Positions 42,109-54,511 of a DNA stretch of 64,000 nt are shown here, in pieces. The notes below the pieces were generated by a model. It worked only from the letters and a program-made list of their open reading frames with translations. It was not told where the DNA came from and searched no databases. Position 1 is the first letter of the stretch; each line of letters starts with the position of its first letter. The position numbers and the translations under genes are program-made. This DNA is from Eledone cirrhosa (lineage: Eukaryota), in assembly GCA_964016885.1 (NCBI GenBank), contig OZ024741.1:259346001-259410000 (forward strand), in the 5' to 3' direction.

Positions 42109-42186
42109 AGCGAAACGTATAAATAAAGATTAATGTAATGAACTTGAAAAGCATAGATATTTGAAACCGCGTCTATTTGTTATTTT
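42109..42186 (+). repeat. 78-bp AT-rich spacer, subtype B
   Basis: GAACTT/GATATTT. Confidence 0.95.
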
Positions 42187-43699
42187 CGTAAGTCGAAACA
42201 CTCGTAAGTCAGAACACTCGTAAGTCAGAACACTCTTAAGTCAGAACACTCGTATCGAAACACGTATGTCAAAACACCCGTAAGTCAAAACACTCGTAAG
42301 TCGAAACACTCGTAAGTCGAAACACTCGTAAGCCGAAACAATCGTAAGTCAAAACACTCGTAAGTCGAAACACTCGTAAGCCGAAAATACTCGTAAGTCG
42401 GAACACCCGTAAGCCGAAACCCTCGTAGGTCGGAACACTCGTAAGTCAAAACACTCGTAAGTCGAAACACCCGTAAGTCGAAACACTCGTAAGTCGAAAC
42501 ACCCGTAAGTCGAAACATCCGTAAGTCAAAACACTCGTATGTCGAAACACTCGTAAGCCGAAACACTCGTAAGTCAGAACACTCGTAAGTCAGAACACTC
42601 GTAAGTCGAAACACTCATAAGTCGAAACACTCGTAAGTCGAAACACCCGTAAGTCGAAACACCCGTAAGTCGAAACACTCGTATGTCGAATAACTCGTAA
42701 GCCGAAACACCGTAAGTCAAAACACTCGTAAGTCGAAACACTCGTAAGTCGAAACACCCATAAGCCGAAACACTCGTAAGCCAAAACATTCGTAAGTCGA
42801 AACACTCGTAAACCGAAACACTCGTAAGCCAAAACATTCGTAAGTCGAAACACTCGTAAGTCGAAACACCCATAGTCGAAACACTCGTAAGTCTGAACAC
42901 ACGTAAGTCAGAACAGCCGTAAGTCAGAACACTCGTAAGTCAGAACACTCGTAAGTCAGAACACTCGTAAGTCAGAGCACTCGTATCGAAACACTCGTAT
43001 GTCAAAACACCCGTAAGTCAAAACACTCGTAAGTCGAAACACTCGTAAGCCGAAACACCGTAAGCCAAAACACTCGTAAGTCGAAACACCCGTAAGTCGG
43101 AACACTCGTAAGTCGAAACACTCGTAAGTCGAAACACTCGTAAGCCGAAACACTCGTAAGCCGAAACACTCGTAAGTCGGAACACTCGTAAGTCGGAACA
43201 CTCGTAAGTCAGAACACTCGTAAGTCAGAACACTCGTAAGTCAGAACACTCGTAAGTCAGAACACTCGTAAGTCGAAACACTCGTATCGAAACACTCGTA
43301 TGTCAAAACACCCGTAAGTCAAAACACTCGTAAGTCGAAACACTCGTAAGTCGAAACACTCGTATGTCGAAACATCCGTAAATCAGAACACTCGTAAGTC
43401 GAAACACTCGTAAGTCGAAACACTCGTAAGCCGAAACACTCGTAAGTCGAAGCACTCGTATCGAAACACTCGTAAGTCGAAACACCCTTAAGTCAAAACA
43501 CTCGTAAGCCAAAACACTCGTAAGTCGAAACACTCGTAAGTCGGAACACTCGTAAGTCAGAACACTCGTAAGTCAGAACACTCGTAAGTGGAAACACGCG
43601 TAAGTCGAAAGACCCGTAAGTCAAAAATCTCGTAAGTCAAAACACTCGTAAGCCGAAACACTCGTAAGTCGAAACACTCGTAAGTCGAAACATTCGTAA

Positions 43700-43777
43700 A
43701 GCGAAACGTATAAATAAAGATTAATGTAATGAACTTGAAAAGCATAGATATTTGAAACCGCGTCTATTTGTTATTTT
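43700..43777 (+). repeat. 78-bp AT-rich spacer, subtype B
   Basis: GAACTT/GATATTT. Confidence 0.95.
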
Positions 43778-44896
43778 CGTAAGTCGAAACACTCGTAAGT
43801 CAGAACACTCGTAAGTCAGAACACTCTTAAGTCAGAACACTCGTATCGAAACACGTATGTCAAAACACCCGTAAGTCAAAACACTCGTAAGTCGAAACAC
43901 TCGTAAGTCGAAACACTCGTAAGCCGAAACAATCGTAAGTCAAAACACTCGTAAGTCGAAACACTCGTAAGCCGAAAATACTCGTAAGTCGGAACACCCG
44001 TAAGCCGAAACCCTCGTAGGTCGGAACACTCGTAAGTCGAAACACTCGTAAGTCGAAACACCCGTAAGTCGAAACACTCGTAAGTCGAAACACCCGTAAG
44101 TCGAAACATCCGTAAGTCAAAACACTCGTATGTCGAAACACTCGTAAGCCGAAACACTCGTAAGTCGGAACACTCGCAAGTCAGAACACTCGTAAGTCAG
44201 AACACTCGTAAGTCGAAACACTCGTAAGTCGAAACACCCGTAAGTCGAAACGCCCGTAAGTCAAAACACTCGTATGTCGAAACACTCGCAAGCCGAAAAA
44301 CCGTAAGTCAGAACACTCGTAAGTCGAAACACTCGTAAATCGAAACACTCGTAAGCCGAAACACTCGTAAGCGAAAACATTCGTTAGTCGAAACACTCGT
44401 AACCCGAAACACTCGTAAGTCGAAACACTCGAAAGCCGAAACACTCGTAAGTCGAAACACTCATAAGCCGAAACACTCGTAAGTCGGAACACTCGTAAGT
44501 CAGAACACCCGTAAATCAGAACACTCGTAGTCAGAACACTCGTAAGTCGAAACACTCGTAAGCCGAAACACTCGCAAGTCGAAGCACTCGTAATCCGAAA
44601 CACTCTTAAGTCGAAACACTCGTAAGTCGGAACACTCGTAAGTCAGAACACTCGTAAGTCAGAACACTCGTAAGTCGAAACACTCGTAAGCCGAAACATC
44701 CGTAAGTCAAAACATCCGTAAGTCAAAACATTCGTAAGTCGAAACACCCGTAGTCGAAACACTCGCAAGTCGAAACACTCGTAAGTCGAAACACGCGTAA
44801 GTCGAAACACATGTAAGTCAAAACACTCGTAAGTCAAAACACTCGTAAGCCGAAACACTCGTAAGTCGAAACACTCGTAAGTCGAAACACTCGTAA

Positions 44897-44974
44897 AGCG
44901 AAACGTATAAATAAATATTAATGTAATGAATTTGAAAAGCATAGAGATTTGAAACCGCGTCTATTTGTTATTTT
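44897..44974 (+). repeat. 78-bp AT-rich spacer, subtype A (AATATT)
   Basis: GAATTT. Confidence 0.95.
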
Positions 44975-45773
44975 CGTAAGTCGAAACACTCGTAAGCCGA
45001 AACACTCGTGAGCCGAAACACTCGTAAGTCGGAACACTCGTAAGTCAGAACACTCGTAAGTCAGAACACTCGTAAGTTAGAACACTCGTAAGTCAGAACA
45101 CTCGTAAGTCAGAACACTCGTAAGTCGAAACACTCGTATCGAAACACTCGTATGTCAAAACACCCGTAAGTCAAAACACTCGTAAGTCGAAACACTCGTA
45201 AGTCGAAACACTCGTAAGCCGAAACACTCGTAAGCCGAAACACTCGTAAGTCGGAACACTCGTAAGTCGGAACACTCGTAAGTCAGAACACTCGTAAGTC
45301 AGAACACTCGTAAGTCAGAACACTCGTAAGTCAGAACACTCGTAAGTCGAAACACTCGTATCGAAACACTCGTATGTCAAAACACCCGTAAGTCAAAACA
45401 CTCGTAAGTCGAAACACTCGTAAGTCGAAACACTCGTATGTCGAAACATCCGTAAATCAGAACACTCGTAAGTCGAAACACTCGTAAGTCGAAACACTCG
45501 TAAGCCGAAACACTCGTAAGTCGAAGCACTCGTATCGAAACACTCGTAAGTCGAAACACCCTTAAGTCAAAACACTCGTAAGCCAAAACACTCGTAAGTC
45601 GAAACACTCGTAAGTCGGAACACTCGTAAGTCAGAACACTCGTAAGTCAGAACACTCGTAAGTGGAAACACGCGTAAGTCGAAAGACCCGTAAGTCAAAA
45701 ATCTCGTAAGTCAAAACACTCGTAAGCCGAAACACTCGTAAGTCGAAACACTCGTAAGTCGAAACATTCGTAA

Positions 45774-45851
45774 AGCGAAACGTATAAATAAAGATTAATG
45801 TAATGAACTTGAAAAGCATAGATATTTGAAACCGCGTCTATTTGTTATTTT
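45774..45851 (+). repeat. 78-bp AT-rich spacer, subtype B
   Basis: GAACTT/GATATTT. Confidence 0.95.
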
Positions 45852-46954
45852 CGTAAGTCGAAACACTCGTAAGTCAGAACACTCGTAAGTCAGAACACTC
45901 GTATCGAAACACGTATGTCAAAACACCCGTAAGTCAAAACACTCGTAAGTCGAAACACTCGTAAGTCGAAACACTCGTAAGCCGAAACAATCGTAAGTCA
46001 AAACACTCGTAAGTCGAAACACTCGTAAGCCGAAAATACTCGTAAGTCGGAACACCCGTAAGCCGAAACCCTCGTAGGTCGGAACACTCGTAAGTCGAAA
46101 CACTCTTAAGTCGAAACACCCGTAAGTCGAAACACTCGTAAGTCGAAACACCCGTAAGTCGAAACATCCGTAAGTCAAAACACTCGTATGTCGAAACACT
46201 CGTAAGCCGAAACACTCGTAAGTCGGAACACTCGCAAGTCAGAACACTCGTAAGTCAGAACACTCGTAAGTCGAAACACTCGTAAGTCGAAACACCCGTA
46301 AGTCGAAACGCCCGTAAGTCAAAACACTCGTATGTCGAAACACTCGCAAGCCGAAAAACCGTAAGTCAAAACACTCGTAAGTCGAAACACTCGTAAATCG
46401 AAACACTCGTAAGCCGAAACACTCGTAAGCGAAAACATTCGTTAGTCGAAACACTCGTAACCCGAAACACTCGTAAGTCGAAACACTCGAAAGCCGAAAC
46501 ACTCATAAGTCGAAACACTCATAAGCCGAAACACTCGTAAGTCGGAACACTCGTAAGTCAGAACACCCGTAAATCAGAACACTCGTAGTCAGAACACTCG
46601 TAAGTCGAAACACTCGTAAGCCGAAACACTCGCAAGTCGAAGCACTCGTTATCCGAAACACTCTTAAGTCGAAACACTCGTAAGTCGGAACACTCGTAAG
46701 TCAGAAAACTCGTAAGTCAGAACACTCGTAAGTCGAAACACTCGTAAGCCGAAACATCCGTAAGTCAAAACATCCGTAAGTCAAAACATTCGTAAGTCGA
46801 AACACCCGTAGTCGAAACACTCGCAAGTCGAAACACTCGTAAGTCGAAACACGCGTAAGTCGAAACACATGTAAGTCAAAACACTCGTAAGTCAAAACAC
46901 TCGTAAGCCGAAACACTCGTAAGTCGAAACACTCGTAAGTCGAAACACTCGTAA

Positions 46955-47032
46955 AGCGAAACGTATCAATAAAGATTAATGTAATGAATTTGAAAAGCAT
47001 AGAGATTTGAAACCGCGTCTATTTGTTATTTT
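46955..47032 (+). repeat. 78-bp AT-rich spacer, subtype A (GTATCAAT)
   Basis: GAATTT with gtatcaataaag. Confidence 0.95.
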
Positions 47033-47847
47033 CGTAAGTCGAAACACTCGTAAGCCGAAACACTCGTGAGCCGAAACACTCGTAAGTCGGAACACTCGTA
47101 AGTCAGAACACTCGTAAGTCAGAACACTCGTAAGTTAGAACACTCGTAAGTCAGAACACTCGTAAGTCAGAACACTCGTAAGTCGAAACACTCGTATCGA
47201 AACACTCGTATGTCAAAACACCCGTAAGTCAAAACACTCGTAAGTCGAAACACTCGTAAGTCGAAACACTCGTAAGCCGAAACACTCGAAAGCCGAAACA
47301 CTCGTAAGTCGGAACACTCGTAAGTCGGAACACTCGTAAGTCAGAACACTCGTAAGTCAGAACACTCGTAAGTCAGAACACTCGTAAGTCAGAACACTCG
47401 TAAGTCGAAACACTCGTATCGAAACACTCGTATGTCAAAACACCCGTAAGTCAAAACACTCGTAAGTCGAAACACTCGTAAGTCGAAACACTCGTATGTC
47501 GAAACATCCGTAAATCAGAACACTCGTAAGTCGAAACACTCGTAAGTCGAAACACTCGTAAGCCGAAACACTCGTAAGTCGAAGCACTCGTATCGAAACA
47601 CTCGTAAGTCGAAACACCCTTAAGTCAAAACACTCGTAAGCCAAAACACTCGTAAGTCGAAACACTCGTAAGTCGGAACACTCGTAAGTCAGAACACTCG
47701 TAAGTCAGAACACTCGTAAGTGGAAACACGCGTAAGTCGAAAGACCCGTAAGTCAAAAATCTCGTAAGTCAAAACACTCGTAAGCCGAAACACTCGTAAG
47801 TCGAAACACTCGTAAGTCGAAACACTCGTAAGTCGAAACATTCGTAA

Positions 47848-47925
47848 AGCGAAACGTATAAATAAAGATTAATGTAATGAACTTGAAAAGCATAGATATT
47901 TGAAACCGCGTCTATTTGTTATTTT
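47848..47925 (+). repeat. 78-bp AT-rich spacer, subtype B
   Basis: GAACTT/GATATTT. Confidence 0.95.
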
Positions 47926-49438
47926 CGTAAGTCGAAACACTCGTAAGTCAGAACACTCGTAAGTCAGAACACTCTTAAGTCAGAACACTCGTATCGAAAC
48001 ACGTATGTCAAAACACCCGTAAGTCAAAACACTCGTAAGTCGAAACACTCGTAAGTCGAAACACTCGTAAGCCGAAACAATCGTAAGTCAAAACACTCGT
48101 AAGTCGAAACACTCGTAAGCCGAAAATACTCGTAAGTCGGAACACCCGTAAGCCGAAACCCTCGTAGGTCGGAACACTCGTAAGTCAAAACACTCGTAAG
48201 TCGAAACACCCGTAAGTCGAAACACTCGTAAGTCGAAACACCCGTAAGTCGAAACATCCGTAAGTCAAAACACTCGTATGTCGAAACACTCGTAAGCCGA
48301 AACACTCGTAAGTCAGAACACTCGTAAGTCAGAACACTCGTAAGTCGAAACACTCATAAGTCGAAACACTCGTAAGTCGAAACACCCTTAAGTCGAAACA
48401 CCCGTAAGTCGAAACACTCGTATGTCGAATAACTCGTAAGCCGAAACACCGTAAGTCAAAACACTCGTAAGTCGAAACACTCGTAAGTCGAAACACCCAT
48501 AAGCCGAAACACTCGTAAGCCAAAACATTCGTAAGTCGAAACACTCGTAAACCGAAACACTCGTAAGCCAAAACATTCGTAAGTCGAAACACTCGTAAGT
48601 CGAAACACCCATAGCCGAAACACTCGTAAGTCTGAACACACGTAAGTCAGAACAGCCGTAAGTCAGAACACTCGTAAGTCAGAACACTCGTAAGTCAGAA
48701 CACTCGTAAGTCAGAGCACTCGTATCGAAACACTCGTATGTCAAAACACCCGTAAGTCAAAACACTCGTAAGTCGAAACACTCGTAAGCCGAAACACCGT
48801 AAGCCAAAACACTCGTAAGTCGAAACACCCGTAAGTCGGAACACTCGTAAGTCGAAACACTCGTAAGTCGAAACACTCGTAAGCCGAAACACTCGTAAGC
48901 CGAAACACTCGTAAGTCGGAACACTCGTAAGTCGGAACACTCGTAAGTCAGAACACTCGTAAGTCAGAACACTCGTAAGTCAGAACACTCGTAAGTCAGA
49001 ACACTCGTAAGTCGAAACACTCGTATCGAAACACTCGTATGTCAAAACACCCGTAAGTCAAAACACTCGTAAGTCGAAACACTCGTAAGTCGAAACACTC
49101 GTATGTCGAAACATCCGTAAATCAGAACACTCGTAAGTCGAAACACTCGTAAGTCGAAACACTCGTAAGCCGAAACACTCGTAAGTCGAAGCACTCGTAT
49201 CGAAACACTCGTAAGTCGAAACACCCTTAAGTCAAAACACTCGTAAGCCAAAACACTCGTAAGTCGAAACACTCGTAAGTCGGAACACTCGTAAGTCAGA
49301 ACACTCGTAAGTCAGAACACTCGTAAGTGGAAACACGCGTAAGTCGAAAGACCCGTAAGTCAAAAATCTCGTAAGTCAAAACACTCGTAAGCCGAAACAC
49401 TCGTAAGTCGAAACACTCGTAAGTCGAAACATTCGTAA

Positions 49439-49516
49439 AGCGAAACGTATAAATAAAGATTAATGTAATGAACTTGAAAAGCATAGATATTTGAAACCGC
49501 GTCTATTTGTTATTTT
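49439..49516 (+). repeat. 78-bp AT-rich spacer, subtype B
   Basis: GAACTT/GATATTT. Confidence 0.95.
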
Positions 49517-50635
49517 CGTAAGTCGAAACACTCGTAAGTCAGAACACTCGTAAGTCAGAACACTCTTAAGTTAGAACACTCGTATCGAAACACGTATGTC
49601 AAAACACCCGTAAGTCAAAACACTCGTAAGTCGAAACACTCGTAAGTCGAAACACTCGTAAGCCGAAACAATCGTAAGTCAAAACACTCGTAAGTCGAAA
49701 CACTCGTAAGCCGAAAATACTCGTAAGTCGGAACACCCGTAAGCCGAAACCCTCGTAGGTCGGAACACTCGTAAGTCGAAACACTCGTAAGTCGAAACAC
49801 CCGTAAGTCGAAACACTCGTAAGTCGAAACACCCGTAAGTCGAAACATCCGTAAGTCAAAACACTCGTATGTCGAAACACTCGTAAGCCGAAACACTCGT
49901 AAGTCGGAACACTCGCAAGTCAGAACACTCGTAAGTCAGAACACTCGTAAGTCGAAACACTCGTAAGTCGAAACACCCGTAAGTCGAAACGGCCGTAAGT
50001 CAAAACACTCGTATGTCGAAACACTCGCAAGCCGAAAAACCGTAAGTCAAAACACTCGTAAGTCGAAACACTCGTAAATCGAAACACTCGTAAGCCGAAA
50101 CACTCGTAAGCGAAAACATTCGTTAGTCGAAACACTCGTATCCCGAAACACTCGTAAGTCGAAACACTCGAAAGCCGAAACACTCGTAAGTCGAAACACT
50201 CATAAGCCGAAACACTCGTAAGTCGGAACACTCGTAAGTCAGAACACCCGTAAATCAGAACACTCGTAGTCAGAACACTCGTAAGTCGAAACACTCGTAA
50301 GCCGAAACACTCGCAAGTCGAAGCACTCGTAATCCGAAACACTCTTAAGTCGAAACACTCGTAAGTCGGAACACTCGTAAGTCAGAACACTCGTAAGTCA
50401 GAACACTCGTAAGTCGAAACACTCGTAAGCCGAAACATCCGTAAGTCAAAACATCCGTAAGTCAAAACATTCGTAAGTCGAAACACCCGTAGTCGAAACA
50501 CTCGCAAGTCGAAACACTCGTAAGTCGAAACACGCGTAAGTCGAAACACATGTAAGTCAAAACACTCGTAAGTCAAAACACTCGTAAGCCGAAACACTCG
50601 TAAGTCGAAACACTCGTAAGTCGAAACACTCGTAA

Positions 50636-50713
50636 AGCGAAACGTATAAATAAATATTAATGTAATGAATTTGAAAAGCATAGAGATTTGAAACCGCGTC
50701 TATTTGTTATTTT
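50636..50713 (+). repeat. 78-bp AT-rich spacer, subtype A (AATATT)
   Basis: GAATTT. Confidence 0.95.
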
Positions 50714-51512
50714 CGTAAGTCGAAACACTCGTAAGCCGAAACACTCGTGAGCCGAAACACTCGTAAGTCGGAACACTCGTAAGTCAGAACACTCGTAAGT
50801 CAGAACACTCGTAAGTTAGAACACTCGTAAGTCAGAACACTCGTAAGTCAGAACACTCGTAAGTCGAAACACTCGTATCGAAACACTCGTATGTCAAAAC
50901 ACCCGTAAGTCAAAACACTCGTAAGTCGAAACACTCGTAAGTCGAAACACTCGTAAGCCGAAACACTCGTAAGCCGAAACACTCGTAAGTCGGAACACTC
51001 GTAAGTCGGAACACTCGTAAGTCAGAACACTCGTAAGTCAGAACACTCGTAAGTCAGAACACTCGTAAGTCAGAACACTCGTAAGTCGAAACACTCGTAT
51101 CGAAGCACTCGTATGTCAAAACACCCGTAAGTCAAAACACTCGTAAGTCGAAACACTCGTAAGTCGAAACACTCGTATGTCGAAACATCCGTAAATCAGA
51201 ACACTCGTAAGTCGAAACACTCGTAAGTCGAAACACTCGTAAGCCGAAACACTCGTAAGTCGAAGCACTCGTATCGAAACACTCGTAAGTCGAAACACCC
51301 TTAAGTCAAAACACTCGTAAGCCAAAACACTCGTAAGTCGAAACACTCGTAAGTCGGAACACTCGTAAGTCAGAACACTCGTAAGTCAGAACACTCGTAA
51401 GTGGAAACACGCGTAAGTCGAAAGACCCGTAAGTCAAAAATCTCGTAAGTCAAAACACTCGTAAGCCGAAACACTCGTAAGTCGAAACACTCGTAAGTCG
51501 AAACATTCGTAA

Positions 51513-51590
51513 AGCGAAACGTATAAATAAAGATTAATGTAATGAACTTGAAAAGCATAGATATTTGAAACCGCGTCTATTTGTTATTTT
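51513..51590 (+). repeat. 78-bp AT-rich spacer, subtype B
   Basis: GAACTT/GATATTT. Confidence 0.95.
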
Positions 51591-52343
51591 CGTAAGTCGA
51601 AACACTCGTAAGTCAGAACACTCGTAAGTCAGAACACTCTTAAGTCAGAACACTCGTATCGAAACACTCGTATGTCAAAACACCCGTAAGTCAAAACACT
51701 CGTAAGTCGAAACACTCGTAAGTCGAAACACTCGTAAGCCGAAACACTCGTAAGCCGAAACACTCGTAAGCCGAAACACTCGTAAGTCGGAACACTCGTA
51801 AGTCAGAACACTCATAATTCAGAACACTCGTAAGTCAGAACACTCGTAAGTCGAAACACTCGTAAGCCGAAACACCGTAAGTCGAAACACCCGTATGTCG
51901 AAACACTCGTAAGCCGAAACACTCTTAAGTCGAAACACTCATAAGTCGAAACATTCGTAAGTCGAAACATCCGTAAATCAGAACACTCTTAAGTCGAAAG
52001 ACCCGTAAGTCAAAAATCTCGTAAGTCAAAACACTCGTAAGCCGAAACACTCGTAAGTCGAAACACTCGTAAGTCGAAACACCCGTAAGTCAGAACACTC
52101 GTAAGTCAGAACACTCGTAAGTCGAAACACTCGTAAGCCGAAACATCCGTAAGTCAAAACATCCGTAAGTCAAAACATTCGTAAGTCGAAACACCCGTAG
52201 TCGAAACACTCGCAAGTCGAAACACTCGTAAGTCGAAACACGCGTAAGTCGAAACACATGTAAGTCAAAACACTCGTAAGTCAAAACACTCGTAAGCCGA
52301 AACACTCGTAAGTCGAAACACTCGTAAGTCGAAACACTCGTAA

Positions 52344-52421
52344 AGCGAAACGTATAAATAAATATTAATGTAATGAATTTGAAAAGCATAGAGATTTGAA
52401 ACCGCGTCTATTTGTTATTTT
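52344..52421 (+). repeat. 78-bp AT-rich spacer, subtype A (AATATT)
   Basis: GAATTT. Confidence 0.95.
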
Positions 52422-53220
52422 CGTAAGTCGAAACACTCGTAAGCCGAAACACTCGTGAGCCGAAACACTCGTAAGTCGGAACACTCGTAAGTCAGAACAC
52501 TCGTAAGTCAGAACACTCGTAAGTTAGAACACTCGTAAGTCAGAACACTCGTAAGTCAGAACACTCGTAAGTCGAAACACTCGTATCGAAACACTCGTAT
52601 GTCAAAACACCCGTAAGTCAAAACACTCGTAAGTCGAAACACTCGTAAGTCGAAACACTCGTAAGCCGAAACACTCGTAAGCCGAAACACTCGTAAGTCG
52701 GAACACTCGTAAGTCGGAACACTCGTAAGTCAGAACACTCGTAAGTCAGAACACTCGTAAGTCAGAACACTCGTAAGTCAGAACACTCGTAAGTCGAAAC
52801 ACTCGTATCGAAGCACTCGTATGTCAAAACACCCGTAAGTCAAAACACTCGTAAGTCGAAACACTCGTAAGTCGAAACACTCGTATGTCGAAACATCCGT
52901 AAATCAGAACACTCGTAAGTCGAAACACTCGTAAGTCGAAACACTCGTAAGCCGAAACACTCGTAAGTCGAAGCACTCGTATCGAAACACTCGTAAGTCG
53001 AAACACCCTTAAGTCAAAACACTCGTAAGCCAAAACACTCGTAAGTCGAAACACTCGTAAGTCGGAACACTCGTAAGTCAGAACACTCGTAAGTCAGAAC
53101 ACTCGTAAGTGGAAACACGCGTAAGTCGAAAGACCCGTAAGTCAAAAATCTCGTAAGTCAAAACACTCGTAAGCCGAAACACTCGTAAGTCGAAACACTC
53201 GTAAGTCGAAACATTCGTAA

Positions 53221-53298
53221 AGCGAAACGTATAAATAAAGATTAATGTAATGAACTTGAAAAGCATAGATATTTGAAACCGCGTCTATTTGTTATTTT
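53221..53298 (+). repeat. 78-bp AT-rich spacer, subtype B
   Basis: GAACTT/GATATTT. Confidence 0.95.
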
Positions 53299-54433
53299 CG
53301 TAAGTCGAAACACTCGTAAGTCAGAACACTCGTAAGTCAGAACACTCTTAAGTCAGAACACTCGTATCGAAACACGTATGTCAAAACACCCGTAAGTCAA
53401 AACACTCGTAAGTCGAAACACTCGTAAGTCGAAACACTCGTAAGCCGAAACAATCGTAAGTCAAAACACTCGTAAGTCGAAACACTCGTAAGCCGAAAAT
53501 ACTCGTAAGTCGGAACACCCGTAAGCCGAAACCCTCGTAGGTCGGAACACTCGTAAGTCGAAACACTCGTAAGTCGAAACACCCGTAAGTCGAAACACTC
53601 GTAAGTCGAAACACCCGTAAGTCGAAACATCCGTAAGTCAAAACACTCGTATGTCGAAACACTCGTAAGCCGAAACACTCGTAAGTCGGAACACTCGCAA
53701 GTCAGAACACTCGTAAGTCAGAACACTCGTAAGTCAGAACACTCGTAAGTCGAAACATTCGTAAGTCGAAACACCCGTAAGTCGAAACGCCCGTAAGTCA
53801 AAACACTCGTATGTCAAAACACTCGCAAGCCGAAAAACCGTAAGTCAAAACACTCGTAAGTCGAAACACTCGTAAATCGAAACACTCGTAAGCCGAAACA
53901 CTCGTAAGCGAAAAAATTCGTTAGTCGAAACACTCGTAACCCGAAACACTCGTAAGTCGAAACACTCGAAAGCCGAAACACTCGTAAGTCGAAACACTCA
54001 TAAGCCGAAACACTCGTAAGTCGGAACACTCGTAAGTCAGAACACCCGTAAATCAGAACACTCGTAGTCAGAACACTCGTAAGTCGAAACACTCGTAAGC
54101 CGAAACACTCGCAAGTCGAAGCACTCGTAATCCGAAACACTCTTAAGTCGAAACACTCGTAAGTCGGAACACTCGTAAGTCAGAACACTCGTAAGTCAGA
54201 ACACTCGTAAGTCGAAACACTCGTAAGCCGAAACATCCGTAAGTCAAAACATCCGTAAGTCAAAACATTCGTAAGTCGAAACACCCGTAGTCGAAACACT
54301 CGCAAGTCGAAACACTCGTAAGTCGAAACACGCGTAAGTCGAAACACATGTAAGTCAAAACACTCGTAAGTCAAAACACTCGTAAGCCGAAACACTCGTA
54401 AGTCGAAACACTCGTAAGTCGAAACACTCGTAA

Positions 54434-54511
54434 AGCGAAACGTATAAATAAATATTAATGTAATGAATTTGAAAAGCATAGAGATTTGAAACCGCGTCTA
54501 TTTGTTATTTT
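54434..54511 (+). repeat. 78-bp AT-rich spacer, subtype A (AATATT)
   Basis: GAATTT. Confidence 0.95.
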
